40,957 nucleotides of DNA from Patescibacteria group bacterium (GTDB taxonomy: Bacteria; Patescibacteriota; Patescibacteriia; CAIXNZ01), in contig JBAZJU010000003.1 in assembly GCA_041651155.1 (NCBI GenBank), positions 85,789-126,745 of the forward strand, written 5' to 3'. The first letter of the stretch is position 1. Every line of letters begins with the position of its first letter. The notes beneath the pieces are model-generated. The model was not told the origin of the DNA, made no database searches, and was given only the letters and a program-made list of their open reading frames with translations. Shown here piece after piece: positions 16,859 to 25,073 of this stretch. The position numbers were made by a program, and so were the translations under genes.

Positions 16859-18283
16859 TTACAAGCCTGCGGCTTTTTTCATAACAGCAGCAACTTGTTC
16901 TTTTGAAATTTTCTTTTTTGCCAGCTCTTGGCCATGGAGCAGCCAAAATGCTTCAACGCCTTGATTCACTACCATGAGAATGCCATTGAGCGTGTCAAAA
17001 CCAGCTTGTTGAGCTGATTTAAGAAGCGGAGTAGGCTTTGCAGTTAAAACTATATCGCTGATGATTGCCTGTTTGGAAATAGTCTGCAATACTTTCTCAG
17101 CTTCATTTAGGTTGGCCCGGATGTTTTCTGCTGTGTCTGGCAAATTGGCAGGGGCTAAAGAGCAATATTTTTCCATATTACCTGAAGCGCCTTTGGTTGA
17201 GACATTGATTATGACATCAGCGTCTTTCACCTCTTTGCCAATTTGATCTTCACTGCCAAAGCGGACCTTGTGTTCATCCACCAGTTCATAGCATTCATTA
17301 ATGCCATGGCAGAGAGTTTCAGCTTTAACCACTGTCCTGTTGAGAATCACGATTTTCATACCTTTTGCAGCTAAGGCAAAGGCAATTGCATTGCCTGTTC
17401 CACCAGCACCCAGAATAACTGCTTTTTTGCCTTTTAAATCCTCGCCTTTGGCTTTGAATTTTTCTTCCAAGCTTAATGCATAACCAAGGCCATCAGTATT
17501 ATAGCCTTTAAGCTTGCCTTCCGGTGTTTTTAAGACAAAATTGATTGAGCCAATAAGCTTGGCAGTCGGATCAATTTCATCCAAATATTTGATCGCTTCG
17601 TCCTTAAAGCCCACGCCAGCACCACCACCAAAGTATTTTTTATCTTGGCGCAAAACATCTAAAATAAATTTACTCTGGCTAGGATCTCCAACTAGCATAA
17701 TATTCCCTTCCTCAAATCCGAATTCCTTATAAACGGAATTCCACATGATTGCGGTTTTAGCCGGGTAATCATGCTCAATTAAAGGAATGGTATATTTTTT
17801 GAATTCAATATTGCGTGGATTAGCCTGTGGCAGAGTGGCAAATCTTAAAATTTTGCATCTAATTAGATCTTCTACAGTGCGAATATTATCTCTATATTCA
17901 AAATTTATGACTGACACATATTCTGAATCAAAAATCTTTCGCCTGTAGAATTCATTAAGCTTGTGCATTAATTTGCCTTTTTTGTTTTGACTGGGCAGAC
18001 TAGAGACCAATTCCTTGTCATTTAACTGAGAAATTGGCTTTAGTTCATTGTCAATGATTACAATTTCGGTCTGCCATTTATCAAACCTTTTCTGTTCAGG
18101 GATATAAATCCTGAGTTCAACAAATGTTCCAGGCAGATAACAGCCCTTGCCTTCGCATTTGCCATTTTGCCTATTTCCTAACCTAACTGTTGTGTGAACT
18201 TCTTTTTTTTGTAAAAGTGCTTTATCTTCTGGCCTAAACCAGATTTCATTGGCAAAATTATGATCGGCTTCTTTTGTGGCCAT
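16859..18283 (-). CDS. shikimate/quinate dehydrogenase-like protein with an extra ~150-aa N-terminal domain
   Basis: AAGGAGGG lies 5 nt before the ATG at 18283. C-terminal part has GSINFVLKTPEGKLKGYNTDGLG and the Rossmann motif ILGAGGTGNAIAFAL. The N-terminal beta-rich domain is not identified (ASCH/PUA-like is only a guess). Confidence 0.7.
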   Translation of the reverse strand: MATKEADHNFANEIWFRPEDKALLQKKEVHTTVRLGNRQNGKCEGKGCYLPGTFVELRIYIPEQKRFDKWQTEIVIIDNELKPISQLNDKELVSSLPSQNKKGKLMHKLNEFYRRKIFDSEYVSVINFEYRDNIRTVEDLIRCKILRFATLPQANPRNIEFKKYTIPLIEHDYPAKTAIMWNSVYKEFGFEEGNIMLVGDPSQSKFILDVLRQDKKYFGGGAGVGFKDEAIKYLDEIDPTAKLIGSINFVLKTPEGKLKGYNTDGLGYALSLEEKFKAKGEDLKGKKAVILGAGGTGNAIAFALAAKGMKIVILNRTVVKAETLCHGINECYELVDEHKVRFGSEDQIGKEVKDADVIINVSTKGASGNMEKYCSLAPANLPDTAENIRANLNEAEKVLQTISKQAIISDIVLTAKPTPLLKSAQQAGFDTLNGILMVVNQGVEAFWLLHGQELAKKKISKEQVAAVMKKAAGL

Positions 18284-18380
18284 ATTTTCCCTCCTTGGAT
18301 TTAATTGAGATTTTGTCTCAAATTTATTCATAATATTTAGATTCTAAACTAAAAATTAGCAATTGTCAATTTTTACGTAT

Positions 18381-18409
18381 TTGAAAATTTTTCTGAAAAA
18401 GTCTATTAT
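18381..18409 (+). promoter_or_regulatory. sigma70-like promoter of paralog 1
   Basis: TTGAAA, 17-nt spacer, TATTAT. Confidence 0.45.
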
Positions 18410-18455
18410 TATATTACAGAGTATTCAAACATCAAAAACAACGGAGGAGGAGAAA

Positions 18456-18881
18456 ATGAACATTTCTGCTGCTTCAAGGAAAACCTCTTTAGTCTGCATT
18501 GAGATGCCCACTTCAGCCTGTCTGGTTTTAGTCGCCGCACTCAAAAATATGCAAAAATATCTTTGGCCTTCATTATTAGAAGGAGAATTTTACCAAAACT
18601 TTTGCAGAGATTGCGGCTATCACGAGAACCAAACAAAAATCGTAGCTGACTTCACGCAACGTATCCAGGATATTTTGAATAACAACAGGGAAGAGTCAGT
18701 AAAATTAAACTTCAAAGAAGTTGAGTGGGAATTTATTTGGGAATTGATTGACAATGTGCTTAAAGCCGCAGCGGAGCAAAAAATAAAAAATTTTACAGAA
18801 ATTGCTGGCTTTCTGCGACCAATCAAAGAGGAAATTGACTTAAATTTGGTTGGTAGTCCCCCAAACATCGCGCTAAACTAA
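18456..18881 (+). CDS. uncharacterised acidic CRxCG-motif protein, paralog 1
   Basis: GGAGGAGGAG lies 5 nt before the ATG at 18456. Shares FCRDCGYHENQ..IVADF and EWEFIWELIDNVL motifs with the next two genes. Confidence 0.75.
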   Translation: MNISAASRKTSLVCIEMPTSACLVLVAALKNMQKYLWPSLLEGEFYQNFCRDCGYHENQTKIVADFTQRIQDILNNNREESVKLNFKEVEWEFIWELIDNVLKAAAEQKIKNFTEIAGFLRPIKEEIDLNLVGSPPNIALN

Positions 18882-18901
18882 AAGGCCCAACCGGGCCTTT
18901 T
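18882..18901 (+). terminator. intrinsic terminator of paralog 1
   Basis: GGCCC-AACC-GGGCC followed by TTTT. Confidence 0.6.
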
Positions 18902-18974
18902 AAAATTGTAAATTGACTTCACTACGGGAAATTGTTAACCTTTTATTAAGTACGCACTTTTAAGGAGGCAAATC

Positions 18975-19403
18975 ATGCTGATTCAAACAAGCGTTGATTC
19001 TATGGCAAGAGTAGAATTAGACTGCGAAGACTTCAATGTCCTAGTTACCACGCTTGAAGAATTTCAGGCCAAATATTTTGCCCTGCTTTCAAGCGACATT
19101 TGGCTAAATAAATGCCGCGAAAATTGCGGCTACCCTAAAGATGAAGCCAACAGGATAATCGCCGACTTAATTGAAGATATAAAAGCGAATTCAACCGCAG
19201 ATATGTTGACTGATTCTATTGCGATAGAACTTATTCCCCCTGACTGGGAACTAATCTGTGAAATATTTGAATGCCTGATCAATCTATTTGCCACCCAGCC
19301 AGATCTAGATGGCATAAACGCTATGGCGGCAGATACGCTTGAATTAATTAAGGAGCAAATTGACCTTCATATCATAGGCCTGCCTGATGAAAAACCAAAT
19401 TAG
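18975..19403 (+). CDS. uncharacterised acidic CRxCG-motif protein, paralog 2
   Basis: AAGGAGG SD. KCRENCGYPKDE..IIADL, DWELICEIFECLI, IKEQIDLHIIGLP. Confidence 0.75.
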   Translation: MLIQTSVDSMARVELDCEDFNVLVTTLEEFQAKYFALLSSDIWLNKCRENCGYPKDEANRIIADLIEDIKANSTADMLTDSIAIELIPPDWELICEIFECLINLFATQPDLDGINAMAADTLELIKEQIDLHIIGLPDEKPN

Positions 19404-19427
19404 CTTGGCAACAAAATCACTACGACT

Positions 19428-19452
19428 AAAAAGGCCCCAAAACGGGCCTTTT
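19428..19452 (+). terminator. intrinsic terminator of paralog 2
   Basis: GGCCC-CAAAAC-GGGCC followed by TTTT. Confidence 0.6.
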
Positions 19453-19529
19453 AAAATATAAAAAAAATTAAATAGACTTGATTATTTCTATTAAAAATGT
19501 AAGCTTAGAGCTAAAGAAAGGAGGGAGAA

Positions 19530-20006
19530 ATGGATAATATCTTTAGAATAATGGAAATCAACGTCCCGGGCTGGGACATGATTAAAACCGCGCTGGAATT
19601 ATATAATATCTACTATCTGGATGAATTTTTAAGGGATCCTGGATATCTGGAAATTTGCAGAGATTGCGGTTTGCAGGGCAATGAAAAAAGAGCAATTGCT
19701 CTTACGATCAGCGAAATTGAAGCCCAGAAAAATGGCTCGTCTCGGCCCGCTTCGCGAGGCGAGCCGAAGCCGGACAATGAGATATTTAAAATTTCCTTGC
19801 TCTTGCCGCAATGGACGCTCATCTGCAATATTATAGAAGATTTCTATGAAAGCGTGTTAGCCAATGCAGAGTCAGAGGCTGGCAAAACCATAACCCTGGA
19901 CATTAAAGAAGAAGATTGGGACGCTTACTTATCAAACCTGGAAACTCTTCTAGACGCGCTTATTTGCCTAACAGAAGGCACTCAAAACGCTTCTAATCTA
20001 AATTAA
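19530..20006 (+). CDS. uncharacterised acidic CRxCG-motif protein, paralog 3 (carries a GC-rich in-frame insert)
   Basis: AAGGAGGGAG SD. ICRDCGLQGNE..AIALT, QWTLICNIIEDFY. Confidence 0.75.
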   Translation: MDNIFRIMEINVPGWDMIKTALELYNIYYLDEFLRDPGYLEICRDCGLQGNEKRAIALTISEIEAQKNGSSRPASRGEPKPDNEIFKISLLLPQWTLICNIIEDFYESVLANAESEAGKTITLDIKEEDWDAYLSNLETLLDALICLTEGTQNASNLN

Positions 20007-20034
20007 AAAGGCTCATTAAAAAAATGAGCCTTTT
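20005..20034. terminator. bidirectional terminator (paralog 3 / CBS gene)
   Basis: AGGCTCAT(20009-20016)/ATGAGCCT(20024-20031) flanked by A and T runs. Confidence 0.6.
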
Positions 20035-20049
20035 CTAATTTAAAAAAAA

Positions 20050-20505
20050 TTACAAATCAAAATTACGCTGTAAAATTGCTCGAAAAATATCTTCTCGGCT
20101 GACAATTCCGATAAGCTTGCCCTTTTCTACCACTGGCAAGCGGTGAACATGTTTAGCAATCATTAAGGCGCCAGCGCGCATAATTGGCGTCGCAGGTTCA
20201 ACTGTGATAATGTCATTGCCCTTGCTCATGAATGTTTCAATTTTATGGTCTTTAATGTCATTGGCCTTGCCTTCCCTGTTTTCAGAATCCAAATACAATT
20301 CCGGATGATCATAATAGCTTTTGTAAAAAGGATAAAGCACTTTAAATAAATCTTTTTCTGAAAGCATGCCGATTAACTTATTATCATCATCCACAACTGG
20401 CGCGCCGCTGATCTTATTGCCATACAATATCTTGGCAGCGTCGTAATAAGTAGTGCTGGCTTTAATGGTTATGACATTTTTCTCCATGATGTTTCTGACA
20501 ATCAT
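20050..20505 (-). CDS. CBS domain pair protein
   Basis: Two CBS-like units (MEKNVITI..APVVDDDNKLIGMLSEKDL and IITVEPATP..LPVVEKGKLIGIVSREDI). Confidence 0.8.
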   Translation of the reverse strand: MIVRNIMEKNVITIKASTTYYDAAKILYGNKISGAPVVDDDNKLIGMLSEKDLFKVLYPFYKSYYDHPELYLDSENREGKANDIKDHKIETFMSKGNDIITVEPATPIMRAGALMIAKHVHRLPVVEKGKLIGIVSREDIFRAILQRNFDL

Positions 20506-20534
20506 AGATTTGGCTTTAAATAATAAAAAGTATA

Positions 20535-20795
20535 TTAAAATTGAATTACATACAAACCTTTTCTCTGTATTTCTTTTCCCTGGCCAAAATCATTGAGCTT
20601 AAACTTTAAAATGTAATTAACTTTTTTTCTTAATTCCCTGCCAGTATATTTTTTTGTTTTAGCATTCCATTCTTGCAAAATCAAAGTGTCCCCTGCTTTA
20701 ATTTTAAAATCAGATAGGCGCAGTTCAAATCTTTTCTTGCCAGACTTAACTAAGTTAAAATATAAAGGATTAATTTTCTTTTTGATTATAGCCAT
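20535..20795 (-). CDS. ASCH/DUF3850-like small protein
   Basis: INPLYFNLVKSGKKRFELRLSDFKIKAGDTLILQEW..YTGREL matches the DUF3850 pattern as I recall it. Confidence 0.6.
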   Translation of the reverse strand: MAIIKKKINPLYFNLVKSGKKRFELRLSDFKIKAGDTLILQEWNAKTKKYTGRELRKKVNYILKFKLNDFGQGKEIQRKGLYVIQF

Positions 20796-20798
20796 AAA

Positions 20799-21209
20799 TT
20801 ATTGATTATTAGACTTTTTTACCTTTCTTCTTTCCAACAAACGGTTCAAATTATCGCAAGTATTCCAATCATACTTTTGCGCAAAATCTAAAAATAATTG
20901 AAAAATTTTTATTTCTTGTTGCAAGGTCTCAAGACGACCATTATTAGCTTGCCCGGAATTTAAAAAGGATTCAAGCTGGGTTTCCCTTTGTTTTATATGC
21001 AACTTTAAATCAAAAACCGTATTATCTTTACTGGCGGTAAAAAAATTATGAAAGTTCAGGATAAATAAATTCTTGGGGAATTTGGATAATTCTTCAATTA
21101 TTGAAAAATCTTCAGGCCTAATTTTCCTGAACTCAATCATGTCTTTAAAATCTTCATCTGCTAAAACAGAAGGTTCTTTTGTTTTAAACTCTGGCTTTAT
21201 ATTTTCCAT
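20799..21209 (-). CDS. hypothetical protein
   Basis: 136-aa ORF packed in the recQ-msrB gene string. No motif recognised. Confidence 0.55.
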   Translation of the reverse strand: MENIKPEFKTKEPSVLADEDFKDMIEFRKIRPEDFSIIEELSKFPKNLFILNFHNFFTASKDNTVFDLKLHIKQRETQLESFLNSGQANNGRLETLQQEIKIFQLFLDFAQKYDWNTCDNLNRLLERRKVKKSNNQ

Positions 21210-21213
21210 AAAG

Positions 21214-21657
21214 TTAATCAGCTAATTTTAGAGCCACAGCATTAATGCAATAGCGTTTGCCCGTTGGTGGCGGACCATCATCAAAAACATGTCCCAAATG
21301 AGCGTCGCAACGAGCGCATTGCACTTCTACACGCTTCATGCCAAAGCTCTTATCTTCAACCAACTTAATGTTTAATTCAGAGATTGGATCAAAAAAACTG
21401 GGCCAGCCAGTGCCTGATTCAAATTTTGTCTCATATTTGAATAAATCAGTGCCACAGCAAATACATTGGTAACCGCCTGACTTTTTAGGCGGTACAGGAC
21501 AAGTTTTAGAAAAAGCTAATTCAGTCCCACCCTGGCGGGCAATGTGAAATTGTTCAGGAGTTAAAACTTTACGCCATTCTGCCTCGGTTTTTACAATTCT
21601 TTCAACTTCTTCAATTTCCCCTGTTTTAGCATTAAAAATTTTAATTTTTTGTTCCAT
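21214..21657 (-). CDS. msrB: peptide-methionine (R)-S-oxide reductase
   Basis: CICCGTDLF, GWPSF, CARCDAHLGHVFDDGP. Confidence 0.9.
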   Translation of the reverse strand: MEQKIKIFNAKTGEIEEVERIVKTEAEWRKVLTPEQFHIARQGGTELAFSKTCPVPPKKSGGYQCICCGTDLFKYETKFESGTGWPSFFDPISELNIKLVEDKSFGMKRVEVQCARCDAHLGHVFDDGPPPTGKRYCINAVALKLAD

Positions 21658-21705
21658 TTTTAAATTATAGCATAATTAAGCAACTTTCATGCCTGCTGAG
21701 TAAGT

Positions 21706-23856
21706 TTATCTGGATACATCACTACTAACTTTTAAATGGTTAATTACTGCTCTGATCTCCCCATAACTTACATCTTCGCCAAGCGCTTCTTTTAAAGGAG
21801 CCAATGGATATTGCCCCTGTTCTTTAATAGCGGCAGTAATTCGCGGAATCTTGTCTAGTGGGACAAGGTCTGTTACTTGTAATTTACCCCCCAAAATGTA
21901 AAAAACAAGATGGCTTTCAATAGTTGAAGGATTGAGTCCGCGAATTTCGGCAATTTCCAGGATTGTTTTGCCATTTTTAAAAAGATCGTAAGAAATATTT
22001 TTAGTTTCAGTCTCAACTTCGCGCTCTGCTTTTCGCTCTCGCTTAGGTATTTTTTCAGAAATTTTGGAAGCCAAACCATGCTTTGCGCAATAAGCGACAA
22101 GAACATTAAGAAAAGGCTGGCCATATTTAGCAAGTTTAACATCGCCAAAACCAGAAATTTTTCTGATTTCCTGCTCAGTTTGCGGCAAATAAGTTGCGAG
22201 TTCAAGCAAGGTGGCATCAGAAAAAATAATGTAGGCCGGAACATTTTCTTGCCGCGCCCATTTATTGCGGATTATTTTAAGTTCATCTAATAATTCTTTT
22301 TCATAGGGTTTTTCTGACAAGACTGAATCTTTTTTTGAAATAGTTTTGACCAAAAAAACCAGTTCTTTTCCCTGGAGAACAAGCTGACTTTTTTCTGTAT
22401 GCCCAAGAATTGGATACTCACTCCCCGTCTGGTTAAGATAACCCAAAGAGATCAAATCATGAAAGTATCCAAACCAATTCTCTTTGGATATATCATTGCC
22501 AAGTCCGTAAGTTTTTAACTTTTTATGCGCTTCTTTTATTTTCTCTGACTTGGAACCGCGTAAAAAATCAACCGTATAACTAAGACCATACCGACTTCCC
22601 AACTCAGCCACGGCTGAAAGCGCTTTTTGCGCAATCATCGTGCCGTCAAATTTTTCACGGCTCGAAAGGCAAAAATCGCAACTGTCACAATACTCAGGAG
22701 CTTCTTCGCCAAAATAATTAAGTATTGTTTTGCGCCGACAAGCGCTTACCTCGCAGAGTGAGGCCATTTGGGACAGTTTTCTCAGCATGATCCGTGATTG
22801 TTCAGGGTTGCCTTCCACCATGGCAAATTTTTTAAGTTTAACAACATCGCCGCCGCTATAATACAAAATAGCGTCGCTTTTCAGCCCATCACGGCCTCCG
22901 CGGCCGGTTTCCTGATAATAACTCTCAATATTTTTAGGTAAATCAGCATGAATTACAAAACGCACGTTGGATTTGTTGATGCCCATGCCAAAAGCAATTG
23001 TGGCCACAATGATTTTTATTTCATCTTTAGCAAATAAATCCTGGCATTCCTGGCGGGCTTCATTGGTCAGGCCTGCGTGATAAGGCTTAGCAAAAAAACC
23101 ATCAGAGCTAAGTTTAGCGGCCAAATTTTCTGTTGAATTTCGTGATAAAACATAGATTATCCCTGAATCACCGCGATGTTGAGCCAGGTAATTAATTAGA
23201 TGCTCATACATGCCGCGTTTTTGTTCCACAAAATAATGAATATTTGGCCTGTTAAAACTGGAAATAAAAACTTTGTCAGTGTCCAGCTGTAATTTATTTA
23301 AAATATCATCGCGAGTAAGCTTGTCAGCAGTGGCTGTTAAAGCGATAATCGGTACGGTAGGAAATTCTTTTTTTAGAGAAGAGAGCATTCTATATTCCGG
23401 GCGGAAATCGTGCCCCCAATGAGAAATACAATGGGCTTCATCAATGGCAAACAATGACACCTTGATGGTTTTTAAAAAATCCATAAATTGCCCATTATTA
23501 TGAAACAATCGCTCAGGCGCAATATAAAGCAATTTAAGCTCTCCTTGTTTGAGTTGTTCATATACGGCAGAATATTCAGCCTCTGTTAGTGAAGAATTCA
23601 AATATGAGGCTTTGATGCCATTGACTCTTAAAGCATCTACCTGGTCTTTCATTAAAGATATTAAAGGTGAAATAACAACTGTAATTCCAGGCAATATCAA
23701 CGCTGGAATCTGATAGCAAAGGGATTTCCCGCCGCCAGTCGGCATCAGGACAAACGCATCCTTATTCTTTAAAATAGTATCAATAATTTCCGCCTGATTA
23801 AACCGAAACGAGTCATAGCCGAATTTATCTTTTAAAATTTGCGATGGTGAAATCAT
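21706..23856 (-). CDS. recQ: ATP-dependent DNA helicase RecQ
   Basis: MPTGGGKSLCYQIPA, DEAHCISHWGHDFRPEY, TIAFGMGINKSNVRFVIH, RQC zinc cysteines, HRDC (AYIIFSDATLLELA) and an extra C-terminal HTH-like tail. Confidence 0.9.
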   Translation of the reverse strand: MISPSQILKDKFGYDSFRFNQAEIIDTILKNKDAFVLMPTGGGKSLCYQIPALILPGITVVISPLISLMKDQVDALRVNGIKASYLNSSLTEAEYSAVYEQLKQGELKLLYIAPERLFHNNGQFMDFLKTIKVSLFAIDEAHCISHWGHDFRPEYRMLSSLKKEFPTVPIIALTATADKLTRDDILNKLQLDTDKVFISSFNRPNIHYFVEQKRGMYEHLINYLAQHRGDSGIIYVLSRNSTENLAAKLSSDGFFAKPYHAGLTNEARQECQDLFAKDEIKIIVATIAFGMGINKSNVRFVIHADLPKNIESYYQETGRGGRDGLKSDAILYYSGGDVVKLKKFAMVEGNPEQSRIMLRKLSQMASLCEVSACRRKTILNYFGEEAPEYCDSCDFCLSSREKFDGTMIAQKALSAVAELGSRYGLSYTVDFLRGSKSEKIKEAHKKLKTYGLGNDISKENWFGYFHDLISLGYLNQTGSEYPILGHTEKSQLVLQGKELVFLVKTISKKDSVLSEKPYEKELLDELKIIRNKWARQENVPAYIIFSDATLLELATYLPQTEQEIRKISGFGDVKLAKYGQPFLNVLVAYCAKHGLASKISEKIPKRERKAEREVETETKNISYDLFKNGKTILEIAEIRGLNPSTIESHLVFYILGGKLQVTDLVPLDKIPRITAAIKEQGQYPLAPLKEALGEDVSYGEIRAVINHLKVSSDVSR

Positions 23857-23900
23857 GGGATTGTTGAAGTAAATTTAATTTTTTAATGCTCTTAACGTTT

Positions 23901-23968
23901 CGCGATATCCGACGTTTCAATAAAGCGAAGCGAATTGAAATGTGGCTTTAGCCCTTGCGGATTTCGCG
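23901..23968. repeat. GC-rich nested-hairpin element upstream of recQ
   Basis: CGCGATATCCG (23901-23911)/CGGATTTCGCG (23958-23968), 10/11 complementary. Inner stem TTTCAAT/ATTGAAA with a loop containing GCGAAGC (23925-23931). GGCT-TT-AGCC. Confidence 0.55.
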
Positions 23969-24008
23969 TGTTATCTGATGTAATTTTTTTCGTCGTGGTG
24001 ACAGCACT

Positions 24009-24638
24009 TTACATTATTATTTCATTACCGCCACCCAAGAGCTGAACTTCTCCGTCTTGAATAAGTAACGCCTGGTCGTCATTTAAAATTCTAAGCGGAT
24101 ATTTAAGATCCTTGGCTTTCTTATCTAACATTTTTTTCATCTCAGGTGTGTAATGAGCTTTAATTAAAAAAGGCACTAAATTCATAGCTGTAAAATCTGT
24201 AATTCCAAATCTATCAAAGCCGCGTTCTGAAAAAGTTGTTACTATAATTGATGGACATGCGATGTAAGAGCCGGCGCTAGAACCAATGTAAACTACACCT
24301 TTCGTTATTAATTCCTTGATTATATTCTCAAAGCCACTTTCACGGACAGCTTTTAATAAATAGTAAGTATTTCCACCTTCCACAAACACAATATCATACC
24401 CAGTAAGTGCCTTTCTTAATTCGTTTTCATTTAAACCAGCTATGTCAATATCAGTAAAGGAGAATTTCAACTCATTCATTTTTTGCTGATGATTTCTTGC
24501 ATAGCTATCATCAAAAACTTTTTTAGAGGCTGTGCTAATGTAGGCAATTTTACAATCGGCTATTTTTTTTGGCAAAAAACCATCAATATTATTGGCGGTG
24601 ATAAATTTACCACTTGATGCAAGGATTAATGTTTTCAT
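24009..24638 (-). CDS. peptidase S51 (dipeptidase E-like) family protein
   Basis: VFVEGGNTYYLLKAVRESGF..VYIGSSAGSYI. Confidence 0.7.
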   Translation of the reverse strand: MKTLILASSGKFITANNIDGFLPKKIADCKIAYISTASKKVFDDSYARNHQQKMNELKFSFTDIDIAGLNENELRKALTGYDIVFVEGGNTYYLLKAVRESGFENIIKELITKGVVYIGSSAGSYIACPSIIVTTFSERGFDRFGITDFTAMNLVPFLIKAHYTPEMKKMLDKKAKDLKYPLRILNDDQALLIQDGEVQLLGGGNEIIM

Positions 24639-24698
24639 TGGTATTTAATTCTCTTTATTTAAGTTGACCCGCATAATTTCAATTTAGGAAGCAAAGGT

Positions 24699-25073
24699 CT
24701 AAGAAAGTTGTTTTAAATATTTTTTAATTCTCTCCTTGTCTTCATTTTCTTTAGCGCCCTTAAAATATATCTCAATAAAAACGACTTTACAGATTAAACT
24801 ATGAAAGGCGTAGATAATTCTAATTCCGCTTTTCGAACCTCGTCCCTTTAAGCTTTTGCATTGAAATTTTTTAATTTTAAAAAATTTCAATTCCTTGTTA
24901 TTGCCAACACGCTCTATTTCAAAAATACTCCTATTGTCAATTTTTTGAATATGAAAAAGCTCAATGCGGAATTTTTTGGTAATTTCTATATCATCGTTCA
25001 ATGACGGAAACTTTTTAAGTAGCTTATTAAAATCACGGGTGAATTCGGCAGTTTCGTTATAGTTCATCGTCAT
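24699..25073 (-). CDS. RelE/HigB-like toxin candidate
   Basis: FTRDFNKLLKKFPSL..GRGSKSGIRIIYAF..VVFIEIYFKGAKENEDKE. Overlaps the upstream gene by 17 nt. Confidence 0.6.
   Translation of the reverse strand: MTMNYNETAEFTRDFNKLLKKFPSLNDDIEITKKFRIELFHIQKIDNRSIFEIERVGNNKELKFFKIKKFQCKSLKGRGSKSGIRIIYAFHSLICKVVFIEIYFKGAKENEDKERIKKYLKQLS

Noticed and set aside
16767-16946. N-terminal 60 codons of track ORF 14979..16946
   Set aside because: They overlap the 3' end of the upstream AroE-like gene and are not signal-peptide-like. The ATG at 16766 gives a normal signal sequence.
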